Source: Bradymonadia bacterium (lineage in GTDB: Bacteria > Myxococcota_A > Bradymonadia > UBA7976 > UBA1532). Taken from it: a stretch of DNA of 64,000 bases. The translations under genes and the position numbers were made by a program. Location of the stretch: assembly GCA_046290225.1 (NCBI GenBank), contig JBKAGE010000039.1:32001-96000 (forward strand). Reading direction: 5' to 3'. This document shows, piece after piece, positions 49,727-62,630 of the stretch. The notes below the pieces were generated by a model that was not told the DNA's origin, ran no database searches, and worked only from the letters and a program-made list of their open reading frames with translations. Position 1 is the first letter of the stretch. Each line of letters begins with the position of its first letter.

Positions 49727-50689
49727 ATGTCCACGCCCCGCCGTCAGCTCGGCACCTCCGACATCCAGATCTCACCCATCGGCCTCGGCTGTATGGGCAT
49801 GTCCGAGTTCTATGGTCAGTCCGACGATGCCCAGAGCATTGCTCTGCTGCACTACGCCCTCGATCAGGGCATGAACTTCTTCGACACCGCCGACATGTAC
49901 GGCCCCTTCACCAACGAGAAGCTGCTGGGCACCGCCTTTCGGGATCGGCGCGACGAGGCGGTCATCGCCACCAAGTTCGGCATCATGCGCGACGACAACG
50001 GCGGCTTCGGCGGCATCAACGGCAAGCCCGAATATGTGAAGGCCTGCTGTGATGCTTCACTGACCCGCCTCGGCGTCGACACCATCGATCTCTACTACCA
50101 GCACCGGGTCGACCCCAACACGCCCATCGAAGAGACCGTGGGGGCCATGGCCGAGCTCGTGAAGGCAGGCAAGGTGCGCTGCCTCGGCCTTTCTGAAGCC
50201 AGCCCCGAGGAGATCCGCAGGGCCCACGCCGTGCACCCGATCACCGCCCTGCAGACCGAGTTCTCGCTGTGGTCCAGAGAGCCGGAGGCGGAGCTGCTCG
50301 ACACCTGCAAAGCACTCGGCATCACCTTTGTGGCGTATTCTCCGCTGGGCCGTGGGTTCCTCACAGGGTCGATCACCTCGCCCGACGACTTCGCCGCCGA
50401 CGACTACCGGCGCCAGAGCCCCCGGTTCCAGGGGGAAAACTTCCAGAAGAACCTCGATCTGGTGGCCACGGTGAAGTCCATGGCCGGTGACAAGGGCGTC
50501 ACCCCCGCTCAGCTCGCCCTGGGCTGGTTGCTGCATCAGGGGGAGCACGTCGTCACGATCCCTGGCACCCGCAAGCAGAGCCGATTCGACGAGAACCAGG
50601 CCGCCAACAGCGTGACCTTCACCGCCGAAGAGCTGGCCTTCCTCGACGAGAACCTGCCTGTGGGTGCCGCGCAGGGCGGGCGCTATTGA
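49727..50689 (+). CDS. Aldo/keto reductase
   Basis: [48 protein letters not shown]. Confidence 0.93.
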   Translation: MSTPRRQLGTSDIQISPIGLGCMGMSEFYGQSDDAQSIALLHYALDQGMNFFDTADMYGPFTNEKLLGTAFRDRRDEAVIATKFGIMRDDNGGFGGINGKPEYVKACCDASLTRLGVDTIDLYYQHRVDPNTPIEETVGAMAELVKAGKVRCLGLSEASPEEIRRAHAVHPITALQTEFSLWSREPEAELLDTCKALGITFVAYSPLGRGFLTGSITSPDDFAADDYRRQSPRFQGENFQKNLDLVATVKSMAGDKGVTPAQLALGWLLHQGEHVVTIPGTRKQSRFDENQAANSVTFTAEELAFLDENLPVGAAQGGRY

Positions 50690-50876
50690 CCCAGAGGGTG
50701 CTGCTCGATGAAGCAGAGACCTCTTCCCAAGGCTCATCGCTATTCGGTGCAAAGCGGTTCAAAAGTCCACGACTTCTGTTTACCCGACAACCGTCACAAC
50801 CCACTCGTATCCTCATATCACGAACCTGTGGGCACAGAGGCTCGCACCGGTCCGTGCATGTCCAAAGCGATATTGA

Positions 50877-53074
<2,198 letters not shown>

Positions 53075-53075
<1 letters not shown>

Positions 53076-53671
53076 TGGCTCGACATCTCATCTTCATGGT
53101 CACATGCGTGCTCGCTGCCTTGGCATGTCAGACCACGACGCCGACGCGGAGCGTGGGAGATGGCGCTGTGTCCAGTCTATCTGTGGACGCGTCCAGCACA
53201 CCTGTGCCATCGGATGCGACAGCTCATGACAGCGCGACCACAGATGTCGCCACTCCAGACGATGTGCCCGATGCTGGTGAAGCCACGGCTCCCCAAGCTG
53301 ATGTGGTTCAGGTATCCGCGAGTGGTGAGGGGCGTTCATATCGGCTCTCAGTGACACTTGAGAGCCCAGACACCGGCTGTGAGCAATACGCGGACTGGTG
53401 GGAAGTCATCACACTGGAGGGTGACCTCGTCTACCGCCGCATCCTGGCCCACAGTCATGTCGACGAACAGCCCTTCACCCGCTCGGGCGGTCCGGTGTCG
53501 GTGGCCGCTGACCAGGCAGTGATTGTCCGGGCTCATATGTCGAACGGTGGATACGGGGGGCAGGTGATGCGTGGAAGCGTGGCAGAAGGGTTCTCGGCTG
53601 ACATGCTCGAAGCGAGCTTCGCTGAAGGGGTGGCTGAGAGGGCACCACGCCCTGATGGGTGCGCGTTCTGA
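53075..53671 (+). CDS. Hypothetical lipoprotein coupled to katG
   Basis: TGATG overlap, ALAC lipobox, motif DTGCEQYADWWEV...RILAHSHVDEQPFTRSGG...RAHM. Confidence 0.75.
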
Positions 53672-53676
53672 ACGTA

Positions 53677-53979
53677 TTATTGCAGGCCTTGCCCAGTCAC
53701 CTGCACGAGTACGAAGGGCTGTACGATCAGCAACTTGATCGGCAGCTCCGCTGAATGAGCCTCAGCAGACTCGGCATCCACAGGGACCAGCTGGCCAGAT
53801 GCCAGCCAGCGCTCCACCTCAGCGACGCGATCGAGGGCCACAGAGAGGCCCACCGCGATCAACTCCACGCCGCGCACTTCGAGCACTCGGCCCTTCGAGA
53901 AATGATCAGCCAGCAGGCCCCATTGACCCTCGTTGATCTCTGCGGTGAGTTTGTTGAGTAGTTCTGTCGCAGTGCTCAT
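53677..53979 (-). CDS. DUF2288-like protein
   Basis: W..L..H..KG, VERWLASGQL, LIVQPFVLVQ. Confidence 0.7.
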   Translation of the reverse strand: MSTATELLNKLTAEINEGQWGLLADHFSKGRVLEVRGVELIAVGLSVALDRVAEVERWLASGQLVPVDAESAEAHSAELPIKLLIVQPFVLVQVTGQGLQ

Positions 53980-53994
53980 GCATGGCTCCTGATT

Positions 53995-55056
53995 TCACAC
54001 TGTGCTCAGCTCATCTTCAAACTGGGCCTTGAACGAACGCCATTGAGGATCGAGAGGTCCGACGCTCATGGCCTCCGTCCAGGCCTTCATTCTATCACCC
54101 TCCAACCAGAGAATGCGTGCCCGGGCAAGCCTCACCAGGGGAATCTCTGGGGCCCAGCGTAGAGCCTTGTTCGCCCCTCTCACATTGCCCGAGAAGGTCT
54201 CGGACACAGCGAGGATCGCCCACGCTTGATCCAGCAGGGTACGGTTCACCTCGGTGAGTGTGCGGGCCTGGTGGGCTTTTCTCGAAGCCTCTCGGAATCG
54301 TCGATGCTCCAGATCATAGAGGGCCTCGGCGATCAGCTCTTTGGCGAAGGCGTAGCGCTTCCGTGGCGGCCCGGGCTGCGATACATCACCGACGAACTCG
54401 GTGCCCATGGATCTCAGGCGCTGGAAGTTGGAGTAAGCGAGGTAGAAGCCTCCGAGGAGCACGAAGCTGGATTGGAGCCATCGGTACATGAGCACCCCGC
54501 CGACCACCCCCACCAGGACGCCCACGCGATGGGTGTAGATCTCACCGCGGTGGGCGCCGTAGAGGCGGCTCATGCCCAAGCGGAAGAGCTGACCACCATC
54601 GAGAGGCCAGAGGGGCAACAGGTTCACCAGGCTCCAGAAGATGTTGATGTGCAGCATCGCCTGGAAGAAGTAGGCCAGGCCCGCATAGAGCATGAGGTTG
54701 TCCGTGGACACGAAGGGCATCACCACCAGCCCCACCAGCCAGCTGACGAGGCCGAGTAGAAGCCCCGCCCCCGGCCCGGCAGCGACGATGAGGGCATCTT
54801 GTCGGCCATCATCGGGCGCCTGATGGCTGCACAACCCGCCCCAACCGTGAAGGAGCACCTCTGGCGCGAGCCGATAGCGTTTGGCCATGAGGGCATGGCC
54901 ATACTCGTGGACCAGGATGCTGAACGTCATGGCTGCGGCCCAGATGAGGCTGGTCCAGAGCGGCCCATTGGTGCTCAGGTAGAGGGTCATGAGGATGTAC
55001 CAGGGTGAAATGGAGACTGGCACACCCATGAAGGTGAAGATGTGGATATTGGTCAT
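53995..55056 (-). CDS. Site-2 protease (M50) with helical C-terminal domain
   Basis: HEYGH, AAGP, NLLPLWPLDGG, several TM segments. Confidence 0.88.
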   Translation of the reverse strand: MTNIHIFTFMGVPVSISPWYILMTLYLSTNGPLWTSLIWAAAMTFSILVHEYGHALMAKRYRLAPEVLLHGWGGLCSHQAPDDGRQDALIVAAGPGAGLLLGLVSWLVGLVVMPFVSTDNLMLYAGLAYFFQAMLHINIFWSLVNLLPLWPLDGGQLFRLGMSRLYGAHRGEIYTHRVGVLVGVVGGVLMYRWLQSSFVLLGGFYLAYSNFQRLRSMGTEFVGDVSQPGPPRKRYAFAKELIAEALYDLEHRRFREASRKAHQARTLTEVNRTLLDQAWAILAVSETFSGNVRGANKALRWAPEIPLVRLARARILWLEGDRMKAWTEAMSVGPLDPQWRSFKAQFEDELSTV

Positions 55057-55201
55057 GTTGCCCCCGCATCAGAGCAGATGGTTTCCTGCCCTGAGGGTGG
55101 CGATTATATACAAGAACACATCGTGAGGTGCGCACGTTTTCACTATGTGGTGCAGGCGCGATGGTGTTTGAAGGATCACCCATGAAGGCTCAGACCAGCA
55201 C

Positions 55202-55999
55202 ATGACACACCTCGACATCCACAGCTCGGAGCATGGCCCGTCACATGAGCGCACCGCGGTGCTGCTCCACAGCTCCGGTCTGAGCGGCGCGCAGTGGAGA
55301 ATGTATCTCAAGCCACTCGCCGAGGTCGGCTGGCGCACGATCGCCGTGGACTTCATCGGGTGTGGTCAGAGCGCCCCCTGGTCAGGCGCGGAGCCTTTCG
55401 GCCACCGCCACGATGTCGCCCAGGTGGTGTCGCTCTTGCGCACCCTTGCGGGTCAGCCATACGCCATCGTGGGCCACTCCTACGGAGGGCTCGTGGGCTT
55501 GCAAGCGGCCCTCGACCCCGAGGTGCAGCCCTCCGCGATGGTGCTCTTCGAGCCCGTGGCGTGGGGCGTGGTCGCAGACTCGCCCGAGTTTCAGGAGATG
55601 CGTCGATCGATGATCGACTCGGGCTTCTTCGACGACGCTCAGGGTGGCAGCGAAGCGTGGATGCAGCGGTTCGTCGAATACTGGAACGGCCCTGGGGCCT
55701 GGGTATTTATGGGTGAGCGCGGGCGCGCCAACATGATGCGCTCGGCGCGGGTGACCTTCGAGCAGGTACGGAGCACAGCCTTCGACGAGACGCCGCTCGG
55801 TTTATACCGCGATCTGCCAGCGCCGATGCATCTCATGTGTGGCGATCAGTCACCGGAGGAGAGTCAGGAGATCAGCCGACGGCTTGCAGGGCTCAGCGAG
55901 TCGAACACGCTCACTGAAGTCTCTGGTGGCCACATGTCACCTGTGCTCGACCCATCTGCGGTCGTGCCGATCGTGTGTGCGAAGCTGAGCCACGTTTGA
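55202..55999 (+). CDS. Alpha/beta hydrolase
   Basis: LLHSSG, GHSYGG, FEP, GGHMSP. Confidence 0.85.
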   Translation: MTHLDIHSSEHGPSHERTAVLLHSSGLSGAQWRMYLKPLAEVGWRTIAVDFIGCGQSAPWSGAEPFGHRHDVAQVVSLLRTLAGQPYAIVGHSYGGLVGLQAALDPEVQPSAMVLFEPVAWGVVADSPEFQEMRRSMIDSGFFDDAQGGSEAWMQRFVEYWNGPGAWVFMGERGRANMMRSARVTFEQVRSTAFDETPLGLYRDLPAPMHLMCGDQSPEESQEISRRLAGLSESNTLTEVSGGHMSPVLDPSAVVPIVCAKLSHV

Positions 56000-56028
56000 G
56001 GCGGGTGTCAGCTCATCATACTTTGCGT

Positions 56029-56802
56029 TCAGTTGCGACCTGCCATCACGCCGCCGTCCACATCCCAGATGGCGCCTGTCACCCAGCCGCTGTCGTTCGA
56101 CAGCAACAGCGCCACCACCGAGGCCACGTCGTCCGGGCGGCCCACCCGGCCAATGGGGTGGAACGCATTGAAGCCATCGGTGAGCGCCGACTCGATCTGA
56201 GCAGGCTCGATGAACGCCCCGTAGATGGGTGTCACCACCACCGCCGGTGAGACCGCGTTCACGCGGATGTTGTGCTCCCCGAGCTCCATGGCCAGATGCT
56301 GTGTCAGCGCATGCAGGCCCGCTTTGGCCATGGAGTAGGCCGAAGAGGGGGTGGCCTTCACCGCCTGGCGAGCCCACATCGAGCCGATGTTCACGATGGC
56401 GCCGCCGCCGGCGGCCTTCATGTTCACCGCCACGCGCTGGGTGATCAGAAAGAAGCCCCGATTGAGATCGTGGTAGGCGTCGAAGTCCTCCGCGGTGTGG
56501 TCGAGGAATGGCTTGGGAGAGAACAGCCCTGCAGCGTTCACCAGGCCGGTGATGGGTCGATCCACCTTGTCGATGTGATCAAGCAGACGCTGCAAGCTCT
56601 CGGCCTCGCTGATGTCGGCCACCACAGCCTCGGCGCGGCCGCCGTTCAGGGCCCGGAGGGAGGACAGCGCCGCTTCCAGCTTGTCAGCGCTGCGCCCTAC
56701 GAGGGTGACATCCTCGCCGCGGGCCACCAGGCGGGTTGCCGTCGCGAGGCCCATACCGCTGCTGCCACCAATGATCCAGGTGTTGGGGGTGATGTTGCTC
56801 AT
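56029..56802 (-). CDS. SDR family oxidoreductase
   Basis: [36 protein letters not shown]. Confidence 0.9.
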   Translation of the reverse strand: MSNITPNTWIIGGSSGMGLATATRLVARGEDVTLVGRSADKLEAALSSLRALNGGRAEAVVADISEAESLQRLLDHIDKVDRPITGLVNAAGLFSPKPFLDHTAEDFDAYHDLNRGFFLITQRVAVNMKAAGGGAIVNIGSMWARQAVKATPSSAYSMAKAGLHALTQHLAMELGEHNIRVNAVSPAVVVTPIYGAFIEPAQIESALTDGFNAFHPIGRVGRPDDVASVVALLLSNDSGWVTGAIWDVDGGVMAGRN

Positions 56803-56829
56803 GAGGTTTGTCCTTTCGATTGATGTCTG

Positions 56830-56845
56830 CCTTCTAGTTGGTAGG
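56830..56845. promoter_or_regulatory. TetR operator upstream of the SDR gene
   Basis: CCTTCTAGTTGGTAGG imperfect palindrome; the reverse complement of its first 15 bp recurs exactly at 57530-57544. Confidence 0.75.
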
Positions 56846-56855
56846 CGGGGGTGCC

Positions 56856-56882
56856 AAAAAAAGAGCAGAGCACGCTCTGCTC
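56856..56882 (-). terminator. Rho-independent terminator after tetR
   Basis: Minus strand GAGCAGAG-CGTG-CTCTGCTC-TTTTTTT. Confidence 0.7.
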
Positions 56883-56901
56883 GGTTCAACAGATCAGTGC
56901 A

Positions 56902-57474
56902 TCAGCTCGAAGGCTGAAGCCAGGGTTGGAGAATGCTCAGCGCAGCGCGTGGCGCCTCTGTGAGAGGCCCGGTTTCACCCTGCACCCGCGCGGTCAGCAT
57001 CGCCCCTTCGAAGAAGGAGAAGACGAGTTGGGCCAGCGAGGCCACACGTGTCGATTCGAGGTGAGGTGCTTCGATGCTGATCGCCTCTGCGATCCACGCC
57101 GTAGCCACTCGCCAATATGCCTGCACCTCGTCTTTGACCTGCTCTGGGAGGATGTCCCAGTCAGCGGCGAGGCTGCCACACAGACAACTGCCCCCAGGGC
57201 CCTCGTATCCTGCGACGAAGATGCTGCCCATCGTCTCCAACGCCGCTGTCAGACCAGCAGTCTCAAGGTTGACCTCGGCGAGTCGCTGACGCAGGCCTTG
57301 CCGGTACATCTCCACGGCGGCGGTCGCCAGATCTGCCTTGGTGGGGAAGTGATGGTGGATGCTGGCCTTGCGGATGCCCACCATCTTGGAGACATCGGCG
57401 TAGCTGAAGCCGCTGTAGCCGGCGCGCTTCATCATCTCTTCGCCAGCGCTCAGGATGTGCTCTCGGGTGTCCAT
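56902..57474 (-). CDS. TetR-family regulator (NemR/LmrA-like)
   Basis: GYSGFSYADVSKMVGIRKASIHHHFPTKADL, CLCG, EGAM. Confidence 0.92.
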   Translation of the reverse strand: MDTREHILSAGEEMMKRAGYSGFSYADVSKMVGIRKASIHHHFPTKADLATAAVEMYRQGLRQRLAEVNLETAGLTAALETMGSIFVAGYEGPGGSCLCGSLAADWDILPEQVKDEVQAYWRVATAWIAEAISIEAPHLESTRVASLAQLVFSFFEGAMLTARVQGETGPLTEAPRAALSILQPWLQPSS

Positions 57475-57522
57475 GTGGGCCTTTCAGGGATCCGGCAGGG
57501 TGATGCCCCGTCGACATGAATG

Positions 57523-57551
57523 ATCGTGTCTACCAACTAGAAGGTTGTCAA
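57523..57551 (-). promoter_or_regulatory. sigma70-like tetR promoter with the operator in its spacer
   Basis: TTGACA-17 nt-CACGAT; the spacer contains CCTTCTAGTTGGTAG. Confidence 0.65.
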
Positions 57552-57608
57552 TGGGGGGAGGCAGGGAAACTTCTCAATGGCTTGAAAGGAAAGAGATAAA
57601 AATCAACT

Positions 57609-58274
57609 TCAGGCGGCGTCGCTTTCGTTGGCCACCTGCTGAAGCGCCGCTGCGAAACGCTCAGCACCCTGAGCACCAGTGAGCAGATATCTCTGATTCA
57701 GGATCACCGCGGGTACACCCTGAATGCCGCGCTCCGACCAGAGGCGCTCCTCTTCGCGGACTTGATCGGCATAGCGCTCATCTTCGAGGGCTGCCCGGGC
57801 CGCTTCGCCATCGAGATCGAGGCTCTGAGCGACACCGACGAGCACCTCGAGATCATTGATGTTCTCCCGTCGAGTGAAGAAGGCTTCGAACAGCGACAGC
57901 TTCAGCTCGTGCTTGCGCCCCTGATCTTCTGCCCACGCCAGGAGCTGATGAGCGCGCCACGTGTTCACCATGCGCATGTCGTCGGCGTAGTTGAAGGTGA
58001 ACCCCAGCTCAGCCCCCAACGTGGTGAGGCGCTCACGTGCTTTGGCGCTGCCATCTGGTGTGGTGCCGTACTTGGCGGCGAGGTGCTCTTGGAGGTGCTC
58101 GCCCTCCTCGGCCATCAGGGGATTCAGCTCGAAGGGCCACCAGTGGATCTCACCTTTGATGCCCGTGGCGTCCAGGGCCGCTTGGAGCTGTTTGTAGCCG
58201 ATGATGCACCAGGGGCACACCACATCAGAGACGAAGTCGATTCTCACGGTCTTGGCTTCAGTGGTTTCGCTCAT
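57609..58274 (-). CDS. DsbA/FrnE family oxidoreductase
   Basis: [32 protein letters not shown] before ATG 58274. Confidence 0.9.
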   Translation of the reverse strand: MSETTEAKTVRIDFVSDVVCPWCIIGYKQLQAALDATGIKGEIHWWPFELNPLMAEEGEHLQEHLAAKYGTTPDGSAKARERLTTLGAELGFTFNYADDMRMVNTWRAHQLLAWAEDQGRKHELKLSLFEAFFTRRENINDLEVLVGVAQSLDLDGEAARAALEDERYADQVREEERLWSERGIQGVPAVILNQRYLLTGAQGAERFAAALQQVANESDAA

Positions 58275-58503
58275 GGAGCCTTCTCCTTGATTCAGCACAC
58301 ACAAGGTTGGGGTCAGATACTTCGAGCCCTCCGTGAGGGTCCCAGTCGGGGCAAAAGGTAGACGCGCTTTCACGTATGGCAACCGGTTGTGATTGGGTGG
58401 CCGGTACATTGCTGCGCCAAACAGCTGTCGTTTTGGGCGACAGATCGTCGATGCTGGCATCTGATATTGCGTGTCCAGCGCACCGGTCCTCAAAGGAGAG
58501 AGC

Positions 58504-59640
58504 GTGACCCTATCCAACCCTCGCCAACTGCTCAGCACCGTCACCGAGAACCACGAGCTGGTGGTCTCCATCGAGCCATTGGCCGTGCCCGAGCCTGGAC
58601 CGGGCGAGGTGGTGGTGGCCATGCAGGCCACGCCCATCAACCCCAGCGATCTGGGGCTGCTCTTTGGTCCTGCTGACTTGTCCACTGCTCGCCGTGGAGA
58701 GGTAGACGGCCACCCTGCGCTCATCGCATCGGTGCACCCGGCCATGCGCAAGTTCGTCGCGGGGCGTGTGGGCAAGAAGCTGCCGGTGGGCAACGAAGGC
58801 GCAGGCCAGGTGGTGGCTGCGGGCAGCTCGGAGCAGGCGCAGGCCCTGTTAGGCCGTACGGTGAACGTTGTCGGTGGGGCCATGTACCGGACGCACAGAG
58901 TGCTCGACGCCCGGAAGGTGGTGCCCTTGCCAGAAGGGGCTCCCGCTGCAGAGGGCGCTTCGCTCTTTGTAAACCCGATGACCGTTCAGGCGTTCATGGA
59001 GACCATGCGCCAAGAAGGCCACACTGCGTTGATCCACACTGCCGCGGCGTCGAGCCTGGGGCAGATGCTGGCCAAACTTTGCAAGAAAGAAGACGTACCG
59101 CTGGTGGCCATCGTGCGCCGTCCTGCTCAGAAGGCGCTGCTCGAGGCGTTGGGTGTGCCGTACGTCATCGACAGCTCCACCGAGGGCTTCTTCGAAGATC
59201 TGGTGCGGGCCATTATCGAGACCGGGGCCACGTTGTGCTTCGACGCCATCGGTGGAGGGGACATGGCCAACACTGTGCTCACTGCTATGGAGGTGGCGCT
59301 CCAGGCCCGTGGTGTAGAGGCTGATCTCTACGGCACGCCCGTGCTGAAACAGGTCTACCAGTATGGTCGACTCGATTTCCGCGCCACGACGCTCAAGGGG
59401 GGCTTCGGTATGTATTGGGGTGTCGGTGGATGGTTGCTGACGCCGCGGCTCAGAGCAGCGGGCATGCAGCGCACCATGGAGATGCGCCAGTACGCAGTGG
59501 AAGAGCGCAATGGCATCTTTGCCACCGAGTATGCCCGCACGCTGGGGCTCGAGGCGCTGCTCGACCCCGAGAACGCCCGCCTCATCGATCGCAAGGGCAC
59601 CCATGGCAAGGTGCTCGTCGATCCGAGCATCGCCCCATAG
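58504..59640 (+). CDS. MDR-family zinc-binding dehydrogenase / NADH oxidase-like protein
   Basis: ATPINPSDLGLL, GNEGAG, FVNPMT, TAAASSLG, FDAIGGG. Confidence 0.85.
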   Translation: MTLSNPRQLLSTVTENHELVVSIEPLAVPEPGPGEVVVAMQATPINPSDLGLLFGPADLSTARRGEVDGHPALIASVHPAMRKFVAGRVGKKLPVGNEGAGQVVAAGSSEQAQALLGRTVNVVGGAMYRTHRVLDARKVVPLPEGAPAAEGASLFVNPMTVQAFMETMRQEGHTALIHTAAASSLGQMLAKLCKKEDVPLVAIVRRPAQKALLEALGVPYVIDSSTEGFFEDLVRAIIETGATLCFDAIGGGDMANTVLTAMEVALQARGVEADLYGTPVLKQVYQYGRLDFRATTLKGGFGMYWGVGGWLLTPRLRAAGMQRTMEMRQYAVEERNGIFATEYARTLGLEALLDPENARLIDRKGTHGKVLVDPSIAP

Positions 59641-59765
59641 GCAGTCATATGAGCGCACGGCGCTCGGGTGACGAGGGCCCGGCCTGAGTGTGCTCAACGA
59701 CGTCGTCGCGGCCCAGCCCCTGATGCAGACACAGGGCGTCGGCCAGTGCGTGAGCGTGGTGGCTG

Positions 59766-60605
59766 TTACGGCTTCAGAGCCTCGTGCTTCACCCAGTCCA
59801 CCTCAAGGGTCCAGGTTTTGGTCTTCATGGGCCCGGGCTTGATCTTGGCGAAGTTCAAGATCGCGAAGAGGGGCTCTGGAAACGCCTTTGCCTGATCAGG
59901 GATCCGGTACACTTCTTTCCCGTCGAGCCTGAAGATCATGTCGCCGCCGAGCCATTCCACCGAGTACTCGTGGTACTCGGCGAGCTTCGCCGCCTGCACC
60001 AGCATCTTGGACTTCCAGTCTCCAGCACCGCACTTGCCCTCGCTCTTGATGATGCGGGCTGCGTAGTGGTCGGCGCCGCCGTCGGAGTGATGCTCGAAGA
60101 TGTCGATCTCACCTGAGCCCACGAGAGGCCAGCACACCGTCTCGTCCTTCTCTTCGATGGGGGGCTCGTTGTTCTGGGCGCCCAGCAGCCACCACGCTGG
60201 GAACATGCCCGCCGCGCCGCTGCCTTTCACCCGCAATCGAGCGGTCCACCGCCCTTGAACAAACTCTTTGCGGTTCTTCGAGGCGATGCGACCAGCGACA
60301 TAACGGCTCGGCGGGTGTTGCTCGCCGGTCTTGGTCCAGTTGAAGCAGGGCCGCGCTTTGCCGATGTCCACGACGCGCAGCTTCAGGGTGCCATCGCTCA
60401 CCTCTCGGGTGCCGAACTGCCCCTCGCGCACATAACACTGGTCTTCGTTGTTCACCCACAACAGCTGGTCTTGCCAGTGGGTGTGATCGAAGCGGTCGAA
60501 GTCGTCGAAGAAGTCCACCTTCCACTGAGGTGGCCTCTCTGCAGAGGCCACCAGGGCCCAGGTTGTCGTACAGAGCAGCGTCAGGGCGAAATGTATGATC
60601 TTCAT
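59766..60605 (-). CDS. Glycoside hydrolase family 16 protein, secreted
   Basis: Signal peptide, NNEDQCY, FPAWWLLG, catalytic GEIDIFE, VDWV. Confidence 0.85.
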   Translation of the reverse strand: MKIIHFALTLLCTTTWALVASAERPPQWKVDFFDDFDRFDHTHWQDQLLWVNNEDQCYVREGQFGTREVSDGTLKLRVVDIGKARPCFNWTKTGEQHPPSRYVAGRIASKNRKEFVQGRWTARLRVKGSGAAGMFPAWWLLGAQNNEPPIEEKDETVCWPLVGSGEIDIFEHHSDGGADHYAARIIKSEGKCGAGDWKSKMLVQAAKLAEYHEYSVEWLGGDMIFRLDGKEVYRIPDQAKAFPEPLFAILNFAKIKPGPMKTKTWTLEVDWVKHEALKP

Positions 60606-60690
60606 GACTCGAAATTATCCATCACATCAGGATGACACAAGCACCAAGCCAGTGAGGTGAAATGCCTGGCGGTGTGTGGATCGTGGATCC

Positions 60691-61479
60691 TCACCGGACC
60701 GCAGCGAGCACCGTGTCGATGGCATGCCGAAGGGTCCAGGCCGCCTCGGTGTCCGACTGACGTCTCGCCGTGGAGAGCGCCTGGGTGACGATGCTCCGCT
60801 CTCCGGGGGTCAGTACAGAGCCCTGGCCAAGGGCCGTGGTGAGGGCCGTGGCGTACACCAAGCGGCAGTGGCCGGGCTCGCCTCGGTTGAAGGCGGGCAC
60901 GCCCTCGGCGATGGCGGCTCTCAGGTCAGCGACGACACCTGCATGCCCTGGCCCTCGTGGCTCGGCGCCGGGTACAGCTTCGATGCTGAGCACCTCGAGC
61001 CGGAAGGGGCCAGGGTTTTTGTCGGCGAGCAGGAACCCGATGCTCTCGATCCGCTCGGGCACGGCGTCGAGCGCCGGTGCGCCGTGTACGGCACGTCCGA
61101 AGGACGAGGGCCTGAAATCGCTCAGCGGAATCTCGAGCGTGGTGGCTTTCTCGGTGGTGGGGATCTTCACGCGGTAGGACCCAGCTCGCAGGGGCACGTC
61201 GGATCGCCGCAGGGTGAGATCGTACCGGCGCCCGTCACCGCGGACGGTGATCCTCAGCGCCCTCGCGTTGGCCAATGGCAACGCGAGGGGCTGGCTGCGG
61301 ATCGAGGTGAAGCCACCGTTCTGTTCGAGGGAGAGCTTGCCGGTGAAGTGCAGGACGCCGTCGTTCATCACCACGCTGGAGGTGGAGACGCCGCCCATTA
61401 CGGTGTCGTTGACCACCGTCCAGTCGAGCTCGGCCATCAGAGAAATGGGGAGGAGAAGGGTGATCGAGTACATCCACAT
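60691..61479 (-). CDS. CIA30 family protein with C-terminal helical domain
   Basis: WTVVNDTVMGGVS, LSLEQNGGFTSIR, GDGRRY, DKNPGPFRLE. Start 61479 or 61473. Confidence 0.82.
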   Translation of the reverse strand: MWMYSITLLLPISLMAELDWTVVNDTVMGGVSTSSVVMNDGVLHFTGKLSLEQNGGFTSIRSQPLALPLANARALRITVRGDGRRYDLTLRRSDVPLRAGSYRVKIPTTEKATTLEIPLSDFRPSSFGRAVHGAPALDAVPERIESIGFLLADKNPGPFRLEVLSIEAVPGAEPRGPGHAGVVADLRAAIAEGVPAFNRGEPGHCRLVYATALTTALGQGSVLTPGERSIVTQALSTARRQSDTEAAWTLRHAIDTVLAAVR

Positions 61480-61576
61480 GTCACATGGAGCACGTGACCA
61501 CGGCCGAGGTCGCTGGGCTGATGTGGCGAATGTGGATAGTCTGTATCGGCAATTCAGGGCACACAGGTAGAACATC

Positions 61577-62548
61577 TTGAGCACAATGGGAGAAGAGGGC
61601 CTCCTCCGGTGGGTCGCCGAGGCCTGTGGGGGGCGAGAAGCCCGCCGAGCGGAGCATGTTCAGAGTCTCTGGAGTGGCTACGGTGAGATCTTTCGGGCCC
61701 GCGTGCTCGGCGCCGCCACGGATGCTGTCGTGGTGAAGTGGGTACGGCCACCGTCTCGGGCCTCTCACCCGAGGGGCTGGGCCAGCGATCGATCACATCG
61801 ACGCAAGCTGCGCTCTTATGCTGTGGAGCGGGTGTTCTACGAGCGCTTCGCGCCACTGGCGCACGGGGGCTGTCGAGTGCCCGCTTGCCTGGGCACCACG
61901 GACTTCGACGGCGGGCAAGCCTTCGTGCTGGAAGATCTCGATGCCGCAGGGTTCGACCGCCGACACGGATCGCTCGAGGGCGATCTGCTCAACGCTGCCC
62001 TTCGATGGCTGGCGGAGTTTCACGCCACCTTTATGGGGGTCGCCCCAGATGGTCTCTGGGCAGAGGGTACGTACTGGCATTTGGCCACCCGCCCCGACGA
62101 GCTCGCCGCCACCACTGATCACCGACTGAAAGCGGCTGCCTCCGAGCTCGACGGGATGCTTTCTGCGGCGCGCTTTCGCACGTTGGCGCACGGCGACGCC
62201 AAGGTGGCGAATCTGTGCTTCTCCCCAGATGGGTGCTCGGTGGCCGCGGTCGATTTTCAGTACGTGGGGGGTGGCTGCGGGATGAAAGATCTTGCCTACC
62301 TGCTCAGCAGCTGCCTGACGGAGCATGAGCTCCTCGTTCAGGCAGATGGCCTCGTGGACGTGTACTTCGAGCACCTACGCTCCGCCCTCGACGGAAGAGA
62401 CTTCGATCTCGACGCCCTTGAGGCAGAGTGGCGAAGGCTCTATCCCGTGGCATGGGCCGACTTCGCCCGGTTTCTCTCCGGCTGGGCGCCTCATCATTGG
62501 AAGCTGCACGGCTACACAGAGCAGATGGTTGCATTGGCTCTGCCGTGA
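61577..62548 (+). CDS. Aminoglycoside/choline kinase-like phosphotransferase
   Basis: [28 protein letters not shown]. Confidence 0.85.
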   Translation: MSTMGEEGLLRWVAEACGGREARRAEHVQSLWSGYGEIFRARVLGAATDAVVVKWVRPPSRASHPRGWASDRSHRRKLRSYAVERVFYERFAPLAHGGCRVPACLGTTDFDGGQAFVLEDLDAAGFDRRHGSLEGDLLNAALRWLAEFHATFMGVAPDGLWAEGTYWHLATRPDELAATTDHRLKAAASELDGMLSAARFRTLAHGDAKVANLCFSPDGCSVAAVDFQYVGGGCGMKDLAYLLSSCLTEHELLVQADGLVDVYFEHLRSALDGRDFDLDALEAEWRRLYPVAWADFARFLSGWAPHHWKLHGYTEQMVALALP

Positions 62549-62630
62549 TGCCGTATCTCGGCCACAGAGAGGGTTCAGCAAAGCCTGAGCGCCGGAGAGT
62601 GTCGTCAACAGAGCTTGGGGCTCACAGGAT

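Noticed and set aside
50730..50830. Possible OxyR site upstream of katG
   Set aside because: AT-richer, but the ATAG-N7-CTAT periodicity is not convincingly present.
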